A stretch of 64,000 bases of DNA from NCBI GenBank assembly GCA_030390025.1, contig CM059425.1, positions 171,494,001 to 171,558,000 of the forward strand, given 5' to 3'. Origin of the DNA: Squalus acanthias (lineage: Eukaryota). Below the pieces are notes generated by a model. It searched no databases, had not been told where the DNA came from, and saw only the letters and a program-made list of their open reading frames with translations. Shown here piece by piece: positions 50,992-62,880 of this stretch (position 1 is the stretch's first letter; every line of letters begins with the position of its first letter). A program made the position numbers and the translations under genes.

Positions 50992-51524
50992 AATGTCAAG
51001 GCCCTGGCGCGGGTACATAGGAGGCTTACCAGGATATTGGAGTTCAGTTATGTAGAGAGTTGGAGAAGCTGGGATTGTTCTCTATCAGGCAGCGAAGGTT
51101 AAGGGGAGACCTAATAGAGGCATTCATTATGAGAGGCTTTGATAGAGCAAGGGAGAAACTATTTCCTCTGGCAAGTGGGTCGGTAACCAATGGTCATAGA
51201 TTTAAAATAATTAGCAAAAGAATTGGAGGGGAAATGAGGAGCAATTTCTTCACACAGAGGGTTGTTAAGATCTGGAATGCACCACCTGAAAGGGGGGTGG
51301 AATTAGATTCCGTAGGAACTTTTAAAAAGCAATCGGACATGTATTTGAAGAGGTCTAATTTTCAGGGTTCTGGGGAAAAATCTAGGGTGTGGGACTAAAT
51401 TGGACAGATCTTTCAAAGAGCAAGCACAGGCATAACGGGCAAAATGGCCTCCTTCTGTGCTTTAAGATTCTATCAAAACAAAATAAACTAGACTATTTTA
51501 TGATGGGATTTCTGGAGAAACACA

Positions 51525-51927
51525 TGGATGGCTCCAATATTCATCTACCACACTCGAGACTTGAGCACAAAATTTAGGCTGACACTCCAATGCTGCACTC
51601 TTGGAGGTGCCGTTTTCCGGATGAGATATGAAATTGAAGCCCTCTCAGGTGGAAGTAAAAGATCCCATGGCACTATTCGAAGATCAGCAGGGGAGATTTC
51701 CCGGTGTCCTGACCAATATTTATCCCTCAATCAGTATCAGTAACGAAAGATTATCTAGTCATTATCACATTGCTGTTTGTGCGGCCTTGCTGTGTGCAAA
51801 ATGGCTGCTGTGGTTCCTACATTACAACGGTGACTACACTTCAAAAGCACTTAAGTAGCTGTAAAGTGGTTTGGAACATCCTGAGATTGTGAAAGGTGCT
51901 ATATAAATGCAAGTTCTTTCTTTCTTT
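51525..51927 (+). mobile_element. Deu-domain SINE (SacSINE1/AmnSINE1-like) with an L2 tail
   Basis: gtaaaagatcccatggcactattcgaaga..ggtgtcctgaccaatatttatccctcaa..ctatataaatgcaagttctttc. Confidence 0.8.
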
Positions 51928-52164
51928 TAGTTCCCTTTTCCTTTATTAGTTCTCTTGCTATGTTTTTCCAAGTGTTTCTTTTTGTGAATATTCCCGCTTG
52001 TTTTAGTCTATATTTAGCATAAGGGTCTGGCTACCAATCTAGTCGAACATTAAACATTGTTTAAAAAGGACTCCAGATTACATTTTTAATATTGTCGATG
52101 ACTATCCAATTTATTCGCCATTCTAGTAGTAATAAGTACAAATTTTTGACATAAGGTCTCTCAC

Positions 52165-52420
52165 CCAACACAACAACAACTTGCATTTATATAGCAACTT
52201 CAACATAGTAAAATGTTGCAAGGCACGCCACCGGAGAGTTAGCAAACCAAATTTGACTCCGACAGGTGACCAAAAGATTGGTCAAATAGATAGGTTTTAA
52301 GGAGCGGCTTAAAGGAGAGAGATGTAGAGAGGTTCAGGGAGGGAATTCCAGAGTTTAGGAATGAGGCAGCTAAAGGCACGGCCACCAATGGTGGGGCGAT
52401 GAAAATTGGGAATGTGCAAG
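52165..52420 (-). mobile_element. L2 3' tail fragment
   Basis: caacaacaacttgcatttatatagc; colinear with 269-545. Confidence 0.85.
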
Positions 52421-52814
52421 AGACTCCAGAGACTTGAGCACATAATCTAGGCTGGCACTACAGTTCAGTACTGACGGAGCTTTAGCACAGAGATCTTTCA
52501 GATGAGGTGTTAAATCTAGGCCGAACTGCCCTCTCAGATGGGCGTAAAAGATTCTATGGTACTTTTTGAAGAAGTGCATAGAGCTCTCCTGGTGTCCTGG
52601 CTAAGTTATCCTTCAACTAACATCACTAAAGCAAATTATCTAGTCAATTATCTCATTGCTGCTTATGAGACCTTGCTGCATGCAAGCTGCTGCTCTGTTT
52701 TCTCCACATTATACCAATGACTACACTTTAAAAGTACCTCATTGGCCGCCAAATGCTTTGCGCTGTCCTAAAATCGTGAAAGGTGCTATATAAATCAAAG
52801 TTCATTCTTTCTTT
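52421..52814 (+). mobile_element. Deu-domain SINE
   Basis: Colinear with 51555-51927. Confidence 0.8.
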
Positions 52815-53894
52815 GGATCTATACTAAATGCAATTAATTACTATCGATTATATTACTAATTAAGTTTGCCTGTTCAGGATTTGGGAGAGAACAATCTGAA
52901 AAATTCCATCAGTTCTGTCCGGACAGTCAATCTCAGTTGTTACCACCAGTAGCCTTGATCCTAAACTGCTCTTAGCTAGACATGGAATCACTAGGGAATG
53001 ACTCCATTAGAATGAGATGTACCTTAAATTAGCTTCAACTGTTTCAGGTAGCTTCTGGGCAATCACAGACCTTCATGTGTTACAACAGCTGCTCCAAGGA
53101 GTTTTGATCCACAGACTAAGTGAGCCACTTCAGTACAACAACCTGTTGCTTCTTTAAAGAAGTCCTTCACAACCAATAACATAAATCTTAAATCAGTCAT
53201 TTACTTGTTCAGTCTTCTTAACATCCGATTTGCTGATGGGATTCTGTGGTTGTGAGAATGTTTTTCTGTCCATCATTAGTAGCAACAATGAAACGAAGTT
53301 TCCTAATACCTGAAGCTGACCTGCAACCCCAGAAGAGGGAGCTTGGGCCAGCACCTGCAAGACAAATGAAGTGGGAGTGACCTTTCTGCCTCAGTTTTGT
53401 GCTCCTGCGGCCATGGAGCACCCAACCAAGCCGATGTTGGGCTTGTGGCAGGAACCCCTTCAGACCAGATGATCTGAATGGGCCTGACAGCAAACCAAAG
53501 AGGAACCCAGAAGAGAATTTTCAAAATTCTTTACAAGTTACTCTGCCGATCTTCAGGCCTTGGGGCCTCTGAATGTTGCTGTCTAGCAAGCAGCCAGACG
53601 ACCCAAAGGCCGGCAGCTAGGAACGGAGCAGTGAGCCTTTTTGGCTGGCAGCTGTGCTCCAATCTCCTCCCTGCCAGGGGGCAGCCTGCACTGGGAGTGT
53701 CACCAGGCCGTGTTGATGCCTTGGGAGAGGAAATGCAGACACAGTCACATCTGGAAAGATGTAATTGCTCTTGTCCAGCGTCGGGGCAGAGGGAACTGGG
53801 AAAAATCGGCCCGTGTATATTTTGGCGAATTTTAGTGCCTATCAAGGTACGGACGGAATCTCATTGACGCAGAACGGAACACTTTTCCCTTTTG

Positions 53895-54215
53895 GATACA
53901 GCCAGTGTCAGTATTAAGCACTTCCAAGTGAGGTACAAGAGAGCGAGAGATACTGAGTAAAGTGGCCTCTTCTCTGTGCAATAATGTGCATTAAACCTAA
54001 CCTCAGACAACTGCCCCCTACTGTAGTAAGCTAAATTTTTCTATTTCCCACACCTGTTGTCCTTATTATCTCTTGTGAGATTGCCAATTTTGTGCCAATC
54101 CATGCTGAATTCTGGACAGTTTTGTGTTATAGGCATGCACCCACGAGGAACTTAGTTGAAATTGTCCACACTTATTTCCAATTGGATTCTTACAGCCCGA
54201 GACTGACAAACACTG
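53895..54215 (-). mobile_element. LF-SINE-like ancient SINE
   Basis: Colinear with 13965-14195 (gagtaaag, tttcccacacc, gagattgccaattt). Confidence 0.5.
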
Positions 54216-54711
54216 TTTGATGCTGAGAGGGTGCTTAGAGTACAAGAGTGATACATTAGAGTACAAGAGTGAAGAGAAATCCTTCACTTACAGTACAAAA
54301 ATTAACCAAAAGATATGTAACATTTTGAAAAATGAAATACATGCATTCAAAAGAAATCAATCTGGCTGCACACAGTATGGTGGCAGTGCTTTTTGGAGGA
54401 TAGTCTTGATGGGTAATAGCCTCCAAACTTGATCTGAATATGGTCCTTCTTCAATTACATCTTCCAGTAGTGAAAACCAGAAAGACATACGCATACAGGC
54501 ACAGACACACACCAGCATACAGAGAGAAGACTTTCATTCTGGCATTTGGGTGAATTTGAACAATTGCCACAATGGTGAAAGATCAGTATGCTAACCCAAA
54601 AACCTACCCAGAACTCTTGACAGCATGTAAAAGTAACATGACAGGAAAATATGACAGCAGTTTTCCAGCAGGCATTTGTTAACATACCTGAAAGTATTTG
54701 AATGAAGTGTC

Positions 54712-55103
54712 AGCCTCGGCTCAGTGATCGAACTCTTGACTCTTAGTCAGAGATTGTGGGTTCAAGCCCCACTTTGGGACTTCAACACAATCATTTCTGA
54801 CGTCAGAGTGCAACACTGATGGGAGTGCTGCAATGTCAGAGGTGCCATCTTTCAGAAATGACATTATACTTATGCAACGTTCAGGTGGACATTGAAGATA
54901 TTAAGGCACGGAGCTTTCTCAGTGTTCCGGCAAAAATTTATCCCTCAACCCAATACCAGCAAAACAGACTGATTTGTCACATAGCTCATTTGCTGTTTGT
55001 GTGAATGTGCTATGCGCAAATTGGCTGCCTCGTTTTCCTACAATAACAACAGTGACTACATTTCAAACGTATTTCGCTGTGATAAACCTTTGGGATGTCC
55101 TGA
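54712..55103 (+). mobile_element. Deu-domain SINE with a tRNA-like head
   Basis: ggctcagtga (A-box-like) and ggttcaagccc (B box), followed by a Deu core; an antisense tail fragment follows at 55108-55270. Confidence 0.75.
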
Positions 55104-56299
55104 AATAAAGAAAGAACTTGCATTTAAATGGCAACTTTCACATTCTCAGGATGCCCCCAAGTGCTTTATAGCCAATTAATTACTTTTTGAAGAGCAGTCA
55201 CTGTTTAGTAGGCAAATGTGAAGCCAATTTTCACACAGCAAGGTCCCACAAACAGCAATGAGATAAATGAAAGGTTCTTTCTTTCTCTTAATGCACCAAA
55301 TATTAGTATCATACCAACTGCACACCAAGCTCAGACTCTGCTATCCAAATATTTCATAGTCATAGTGGCACAGAAGGAGGCCATTCAGCCCATCGAGACC
55401 GTGCCGGCTCTCTGTTGAGCAATCCAGTCAGTCCCATTCCCCCGCTCTATCCCCGTAGCCCTGCGAGTTTATTTCCCTCAAGTGCCTATCCAGTCTCCAC
55501 TTGAAAACATTGAGTGTGTCCGCTTCCACCACTTCCATCGGCAGCGAGTTCCAGGTCAACACCACTCGCTGCGTAAAAAAGTTTTTCCTCACATTCCCCA
55601 TTCCTCACATTTCTGCAAATACGGGCACTATAGACCTGTAAAAAAATACTGTTCCACACTACACTGAAATAACTAGTATAAAAATACCTTTTCCATAAAT
55701 ATTGCACAAATATTCCATATTCACCCATTACATTCTGCATGAAAAGAAACAGAAATAACAAAGGGGAAATTATGGAGAGAGTGCTCCTTGTTCAAAATTT
55801 TACTCCATTTTATGTCAGAAACCAATAGACTTAGTAGAATACTGCTTGATGATTTAGTAGTTTTCTTCAAGGCGTGGAGCTCCTCAAGCTGGGTCATTAT
55901 CCCTGCTAGGCTGCTCCAGTGATGTCACTCGAATCATAGAATGGTTACAGCACGGAAGAAGGCCATTCGGCCCGTCGAGCCCGTGCCGGCTCCTTGCAAA
56001 AGCACCTCAGCTAGTCCCACTCCCCCGCCCTTTCTCCGTAGCCCTGCAATTTTTTTTCTTTCAGGTACTTATCCAACTCCCTTTTGAAAGCCGTGATTGT
56101 GTTTGCCTCCACCACCCTTTCAGGCAGCGCATTCCAGATCCTAATCACTTGCTGCGTAAAAAAGTTTTTTTTCTGTCGCCTTTGGTTCTTTTGCCAATCA
56201 CCTTCGAACATAAGAACATAAAAAATAGGAGCAGGAGTAGGCCATTTGGCCCATTGAGCCTGCTCCGCCATTCAGTAAGATCATGGCTGATCTTCTACC

Positions 56300-59203
56300 T
56301 CATCTCCACTTTCCTGCACTATCCCCATATCCCTTGATTCCCTTAATATTCAAAAATCTATCGATCTCTGTCTTGAATATGCTCAACGACTGAGCCTCCA
56401 CAGCCCTCTGGGGTAGAGAATTCCAAAGATTTACCACCCTCTGAGAGAAGAAATTTCTCATCTCAGTCCTAAACGGCCGACCCCTTATTCTGAGACTGTG
56501 ACCACTGGTTCCAGACTCCCCAGCCAGGGGAAACATCCTCCCTGCATTTACTCTGTCAAGCCCTGTAAGAATTTTGTATGTTTCAATGAGATCACCTCTC
56601 ATTCTTCTAAACTCTAGAGAATATAGGCCTAGTCTACTCAATCTGTCCTCATAGGACAATCCCCCTATCCCAGGAACCAGTCTGGTGAACCTTCGTTGCA
56701 CTCCCTCTATGGCAAGTATATCCTTCCTTAGGTAAGGAAACCAAAACTGTACGCAATACTCCAGGTGTGGTCTCACCAGGGCCCTATATAATTGCAGTAA
56801 GACCTCTTTACTCCTATACTCAAATCCTCTTGCAATAAAGGCCAACATACCATTTGCTTTCCTAATTGCTTGCTGTACCTGCATGTTAACTTTCAGTGAT
56901 TCATGTACGAGGACACTCAGGTCCCTCTGAACACAAATATTTCCCAATCTCTCACCATTTAAAAAATACTCTGCTTTTCTATTTTTCCTACCAAAATGGA
57001 TAACTTCACATTTCTCCACATTATATTCCATTTGCCATGTTCTTGCCCACGCACTTAGACTGTCTATATCCCCTTGAAGCCTCCTTGCATCCTCCTCACA
57101 ACTTACATTCCCACCTAGCTTTGTACCATCAGCAAACTTGGATATATTACATTTGGTCCCCTCATCCAAATCATTGATGTAGATGGTGAATAGCTGAGCC
57201 CCAAGCACTGATCCTTGCGATATCCCACTAGTTACAGCCTGCCAACCTGAAAATGACCCGTTTATTCCTACTCTCTGTTTTCTGTCCGTTAACCAATCCT
57301 CAATCCATGCTAGTATATTACCCCCAATCCCATAAGCCTTAATTTTGTTTAATAACCTCTTGTGTGGCACCTTATCAAATACCTTCTGAAAATCCAAATA
57401 CACCACATCCACTGGTTCCCCCTTATCTATTCTGCTAGTTACAACCTCAAAAAATTCGAACAGATTTGTCAAACACGATTTCCCTTTCATATATCCGTGT
57501 TGACTCTGCCCATTCCTATTATTATTGTCTAAGTGGCCTGTTACCACGTCCTTAATAATAGATTCTAGCATTTTCCCTACTACTGATGTCAGGCTAACTG
57601 GTCTGTAGTTCCCCGTTTTCTCTCTCCCTCCTTTCTTAAATAGTGGGGTTACATTTCCTACCTTCCAATCCGCGGGAACAGTTCTAGAATCTATGGAATT
57701 TTGGAAAATGACAACTAATGCATCCACTATATCTATAGCCACCTCTTTCAGGTCATCAGGTCCAGGGGATGTATCGGCTTTGAGTCCCATTAATTCCTCC
57801 AGTACTACTTTTTTACTAATACTAACTTCTTTCAGTTCCTCATTCTCGTTAGGCCCTTGGTTCTCCACTAGTTCCGGGAAGATTTTTGCGTCTTCTTCCG
57901 TGAAGACAGACACAAAGTATTTGTTTAATTTCTCTGCCATTTCCTTAATCCCCATTATAATTTCTCCTGTCTCAGCCTGTAAGGGACCCACATTTACTTT
58001 CGCTAATCTTTTCCTTTTTACATACCTATAGAAGCTTTTACAGTCTGTTTTTATGTCTCTCGCTAGTTTACTCTCATATTCTATTTTCCCTTTCTTTATC
58101 AATTTCTTGGTCCTCCTTTGCTGAATTCTAAAATCCTCCCAATCCTCAGGCTTACTACTCTTTTTGGCAGCATTATAAGCCTCTTCCTTTGATCTAATAC
58201 TATCTTTAACTTCTCTTGTTAGCCACAGTTGGACCACTTTTCCTGTGGGGTTTTTGTGCCTTAAAGGAATGCATATTTGTTGTAAATTATGTATTAATTC
58301 TTTAAATGCTAGCCATTGCTCGTCCACTGTCATACCTTTTAATGTAGTTTCCCAATCTACCTTAGCCAACTCGCCCCTCATACCTATGTAGTTTGCTTTG
58401 TTTAGATTTAAGACCGTAGTTTCGGATTTAACTAAGTCACTTTCAAACTCAATATAAAATTCTATCATATAATGGTCACTCTTCCCTAACGGCCCCTTTA
58501 CTATAAGGTTATTAATTAACCCTTTCTCGTTGCACAATACTAGATCTAAAATAGCCTGTTCCTGAATTGGTTCCTCAATATACTGATCTAGAAAACTATC
58601 TTGCATACATTCCATGAATTCATCCTCCACACTATTACTGCAAATTTGGTTAACCCAGTCTATATATAGATTAAAGTCCCTCATGATTACTGTATTATCC
58701 TTGTTACTTGCACCTCTAATTTCCTGATTTATACTCTGCCCTACATTACAACTACTGTTTGGGGGCCTATAAACAACTCCCACCAATGTTTTCTGCCTCT
58801 TGCTGTTTCTTAGCTCCACCCAAACTGATTTGACTTCTTGATTTTCGGAGCCAAGATCCTTTCTCTCTACTGTCTTCATCCCATTCTTTATTATCAGGGC
58901 TACCCCTCCTCCTTTTCCATTTTGCCTATCCCTTCTAAAAGTTATGTATCCTGGAATATTTAGTTCCCAACCTTGGCCACTTTGCAACCATGTCTCCGTT
59001 ATGGCTATTAGATCAAACCTGTTCATTTCTATCTGCGCTATTAATTCATCTATTTTGTTGCGAATGCTTCGTGCATTCAGATATAGTGCCTTTAACTTTG
59101 ATTTATTTCTCTTTTTCCCTGATGTCACCTTAGTCACTGATGCCTTATTACCTTTGTTACTCTCTCTGTCCCTTCCTGACCCACTCTGCTTATTTTTACC
59201 CAA
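56300..59203 (-). CDS. CR1 ORF2 (APE endonuclease plus RT), open but probably inactive
   Basis: LYLNARS, AITETW, SDH and RT motifs; FADD changed to FADG, GDFN to RDFN, small in-frame deletion at PGPDDL|KE. Confidence 0.88.
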   Translation of the reverse strand: MGKNKQSGSGRDRESNKGNKASVTKVTSGKKRNKSKLKALYLNARSIRNKIDELIAQIEMNRFDLIAITETWLQSGQGWELNIPGYITFRRDRQNGKGGGVALIIKNGMKTVERKDLGSENQEVKSVWVELRNSKRQKTLVGVVYRPPNSSCNVGQSINQEIRGASNKDNTVIMRDFNLYIDWVNQICSNSVEDEFMECMQDSFLDQYIEEPIQEQAILDLVLCNEKGLINNLIVKGPLGKSDHYMIEFYIEFESDLVKSETTVLNLNKANYIGMRGELAKVDWETTLKGMTVDEQWLAFKELIHNLQQICIPLRHKNPTGKVVQLWLTREVKDSIRSKEEAYNAAKKSSKPEDWEDFRIQQRRTKKLIKKGKIEYESKLARDIKTDCKSFYRYVKRKRLAKVNVGPLQAETGEIIMGIKEMAEKLNKYFVSVFTEEDAKIFPELVENQGPNENEELKEVSISKKVVLEELMGLKADTSPGPDDLKEVAIDIVDALVVIFQNSIDSRTVPADWKVGNVTPLFKKGGREKTGNYRPVSLTSVVGKMLESIIKDVVTGHLDNNNRNGQSQHGYMKGKSCLTNLFEFFEVVTSRIDKGEPVDVVYLDFQKVFDKVPHKRLLNKIKAYGIGGNILAWIEDWLTDRKQRVGINGSFSGWQAVTSGISQGSVLGAQLFTIYINDLDEGTKCNISKFADGTKLGGNVSCEEDARRLQGDIDSLSAWARTWQMEYNVEKCEVIHFGRKNRKAEYFLNGERLGNICVQRDLSVLVHESLKVNMQVQQAIRKANGMLAFIARGFEYRSKEVLLQLYRALVRPHLEYCVQFWFPYLRKDILAIEGVQRRFTRLVPGIGGLSYEDRLSRLGLYSLEFRRMRGDLIETYKILTGLDRVNAGRMFPLAGESGTSGHSLRIRGRPFRTEMRNFFSQRVVNLWNSLPQRAVEAQSLSIFKTEIDRFLNIKGIKGYGDSAGKWR

Positions 59204-59299
59204 AACTCTACTCTGCTCTAGAGCCTTGACATTTCTCTCGCTGCTTTTAAATTTACTCTTTCCTGAATCCTCCAGCCCCGCTCCCCCCCCCCTTCATTA

Positions 59300-60248
59300 G
59301 TTTAAAGCCCTGTCTACTGCCCTAGTTATTCAGTTCACCAGCACACTGATCCCAGCCTGGTTTCAGTGGAGCCCGTCCCAACGGAACAGCTCCATTTTTC
59401 CCCAGTATTGGTGCCAGTGCCCCATGAACTGAAACCTCTTCCTCCCACACCACTCTTTGAGCCACTCATTTAAACCTCTAATCTGTTTGTCATAATGCCA
59501 ATTTGTGCATGGCTCAGGTAACAATCCAGGAGATTATTACCTTTGAGGTTCTGCTTTTTAATTTGGATCCTAACTCCTCAAACTCCCTCAGCAGAACCGC
59601 ATTCCTAGTTCTACCTAATTCGTTGGTTCCTACATGGACCACGACAACTGGATCCTCCCACTCCCACTTCTTCTCCAGCTGTGAGATGTCTTTAACCCTG
59701 GCATCGGGCAGGCAACACAACCTTCGGAACTCTCGGTCGTGGTTGCAGAGAACAGTATCTATCCCCCTGACTATACTGTCCCCTACCACAACTACATTCC
59801 CTTTCACTCCCCCCACTTGAATGGCCTCCTGCACCATGGTGCCATGGTCTGCTTGCTCATCCATCCTGCAGGCTTTTCCCTCATCCACACAGGCAGCAAG
59901 AACCTCATACCTGTTGGACAAAGGCAAAGGCTGAGGCTGCTCCAGCATTGCACCTGGGGTCCCCTTACCTGCCTGAGTTGCAGTCACACCCTCCTGTCCC
60001 TGACCACTAACCAGACCTGTACCACCACCTAACCTAAGGGGTGTGACTGCCTCCTGGACCAAAGTGTCCAGGTAACTCTACCCCTCCCTGATGCCCCGCA
60101 ATGTCTGCACCTCAGACTCCAGCTCAAAAACTCTGAGCTGAAGTTCCTCAAGATGCAGGCACTTACTGCAGACGTGGTTGTCCGGGATCACAATGCTCTC
60201 CACAAACTCCCACATGCTGCAGTTGCGGCACACCACCTGCACTGACAT
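59300..60248 (-). pseudogene. CR1 ORF1 (zinc finger/coiled coil plus SGNH esterase)
   Basis: MSVQVVCRNCSMWE..HVCSKC; LSNRYEVL; VVVGDSIVRG; CLPDARV; VHVGTNE; contains stops. Confidence 0.88.
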
Positions 60249-61379
60249 CCCTATATGACCTGGGTTTATTTAATTAAATGTGTAATTAGGTAACTTAGTT
60301 TACAGTGTAGTTTCCTGACTACTTACTTGATCTTGATTAATTTAAGTATACTGCAATTAAATATCTACCTGTAACACAAAGCACTACAAGTAGTGCAGGC
60401 AAAAAGCACAACTCCTTCCCTCTCTTCTCCGAATTCCCACTCTTTCCAAATTCCCAGACAAAGCCCTCTGTTCAAGTTCACTCCGTTTAATCCCGCTCTG
60501 TGCAGACCGCCTTAAATCTGTGTTCTCTGGTTCTCTCCCCCCTCTGCCAATGGGAACAGTTTCTCTCTATCTACTCTGTCCAGACCCCTCATGATTTTGA
60601 ACACCTCTATCAAATCTCCTCTCAATCGTCTCTACTGTTAGGAGAACAACCCCAGCTTCTCCAGTCTATCCACGTAACTGAAGTCCCTCATCCCTGGAAT
60701 CATTCTCGTAAATCTTTTCTGCACCCTCTCTAAGGCCTTCAAATCCTTCCTAAATTGCGGTGCCCAGAATTGGACACAATATTCCAGTTGAGGCCGAACC
60801 AGTGTTTTGTACAGGTTCATCATAATTTCCACGCTTTTGTACTCTATACCTCTATTCATGAAGCCCAGGATCCCATAAGCTTTTTTAACAGCTTTCTCAA
60901 CATGCCCTGCCACCTTCCAACGATTTGTGCACATATACCCCCAAGGTCTCTCTGTTCATGCACCCCTTTAGGATTGTACCCTTTGTTTATATTTCCTCTC
61001 CTCATTCTTTCTACCAAAATGTATCACTTTGCACTTTTCTGCGTTAAATTTCATCTGCCACGTGTCCGCCCATTCCACTAGTCTGTCTCTGTCCTCTTGA
61101 AGTTTATCACTATCTTCCTCACTGTTCACTATACTTCCAAGTTTTGTGTCATCTGCAATAAGCAGTGCCATGCATCCAAGAGCAGCTTCTTAGGAATCAG
61201 TGGATCTCTCAGCTAATAGCTTGGTTTCCGGTGATCCTGTCACCAGAGCAGGGCTCACACCAGTTTAAGGTCAAGGCTCCTACTGTATTCTAAGAACTCA
61301 CACTGGGAATGCTGTCTGTCAGTAATGGCACCGGGGTTTCCTGGCAGGGAGGAAAGCCCAAATTGATGGTTTTCTCATC

Positions 61380-62368
61380 AATAAACAGACTACTAAAAAG
61401 ATTGCTAAACACTAATGAGACACCATGGATGAATAAAAACATAAGGGAAAAATTGAAGGTAAGCAAAGAGGCAAACATTAATTACATGGACAGCAGGGGA
61501 GAGCATGATAAGGGAGAATATGAAGAGATTCGGAGAGAAGACAAAAAAAAACAATTAGGAAGGCAAAGAGGAACTATGAAATTAAATGATCAAGGAGCAC
61601 AAAACGAAATAGTAAAATATTCGACAGGCACATAAATAAAAATAGGAAAGTCAGGATGGGAATAGGGCCACTAAGGGACAGTCAGGATAAAATCACAGGC
61701 AGCGATAGCGAAATGGCAGCAATATTAAATAATTACTTTGCTTCAGTGTTTACCAGGGAGACAGATCAGGTGGACATGACATCAGAAGATGAGATTAGAA
61801 ATGAAATAACCACATTTAAAATAAAAAGGAGAAATATTAAATAAACTAATCAAACTCAAAGAGGATAAAACCCCTGGTCCGGATGGATTGCATCTGCGCA
61901 TTTTAAAAGAATCCAGGGAAAAGATAGCAGAGGCACTATTACACATATTTAATAATGCGTTAGAAATAGGTGTAGTGCCAGAGGACTGGCGGATAGCTAA
62001 CATAATAACTACATTAAAGAGAGATAGAACATGTCCAGGGAACTATAGACCAGTCAGCTTAACATCAATGGTAGGAAAAATAATGAATGCCTAATAAAGG
62101 AAAAAAATAGAACATCTAGAAACCAAAAATATAATAATGAATAGTCAGCACGGATTTCAAAAGGGAAAGTCTTGCTTGACCAACTTCACTGAATTCTTTG
62201 AAGAAGTAACAGAGAGAGAAGATGAGGGTAATGTAGTAGATGTAATTTATCTAGTTTCCAAAAGGCCTTCGATAAGGTACCACATAATAGACTAATGAAG
62301 GAGGTCAGAAAATGCGGAGTCAGGGGACAAGTCGCAGAATGGATAGCTAGCTGGCTTCAAGACAGAAA
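61380..62368 (+). mobile_element. Old CR1 ORF2 fragment interrupted by a PLE
   Basis: [39 protein letters not shown]. Confidence 0.85.
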
Positions 62369-62416
62369 TGAGAAGTCGCACAACACCAGGTTATAGTCCA
62401 ACAGATTTATTTAATT

Positions 62417-62454
62417 TTACAAGCTTTCGGAGCTGTCGCTCCTTCCTCAGGTAA
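62417..62454 (-). ncRNA. Minimal type-I hammerhead ribozyme motif, family B, core intact
   Basis: Minus strand ttac-CUGAGGA-a-ggagc(gaca)gctcc-GAAAG-CUU-gtaa. Confidence 0.82.
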
Positions 62455-62880
62455 GTTAGCAGTGAGAGAATCTCCCAGAATTCACAATTTAAACACAGAC
62501 AAAATTTATTCAAATATTTCCCTACATCAAAGACACACTAAGAGCACAGCCAAGACAATGAGATGTGTCCCAGGGGGTCCAACGTGTCAAACCACCTGCT
62601 GGCTGCATATCCTGTCAATTTGTGTTGGTTCTTGTCACGTTCTGTATCGTGACATGAACCCGATATCGCGATTGAGGCCATCCTCATGAGTGCGGAACAT
62701 GGCTATCAGTTTCTGCTCTATGATTTTGCGCTGTCGTGTATCCCGAAGGCCGCCCTGGAGAACGCTTACCCGCAGATCCGAGGCTGAATGCCCCTGGCTG
62801 CTGAAGTGTTCCCCGACTGGGAGGGAACCCTCCTGCCTGGCGATTGTTGCGCGGTGTCCGTTCATACGTTGTCTCAGGAG

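Larger units (their letters stand above)
46790..51472 (+). mobile_element. Old CR1 RT region carrying four nested insertions
   Basis: Colinear RT pieces at ~46790-47400, 47526-47622, 47861-48005, 50422-50530 and 50992-51472. Confidence 0.85.
56205..60509 (-). mobile_element. Near full-length CR1 LINE (5'UTR, ORF1, ORF2, tail)
   Basis: ORF1 with zinc finger and esterase; 967-aa ORF2; (ttcttatg)n tail; cctt duplicated at the junctions. Confidence 0.93.
55933..61158 (-). mobile_element. Host CR1 fragment (55933-56204 plus 60510-61158) split by the long CR1
   Basis: ttgccaatcacctt on the left rejoins ccttaaatctgtg on the right; ORFs 60638..60934 and 60968..61171. Confidence 0.85.

Noticed and set aside
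53205..53309. Possible 105-nt minus-strand exon (VLGNF..KKTEQ followed by gtaaat)
   Set aside because: Poor polypyrimidine tract and no recognisable homology
54235..54272. ttagagtacaagagtga direct repeat as a TSD or array
   Set aside because: Local 21-bp-period duplication with only two copies
54712..54775. tRNA gene
   Set aside because: Degenerate SINE head followed by a Deu core; no convincing cloverleaf
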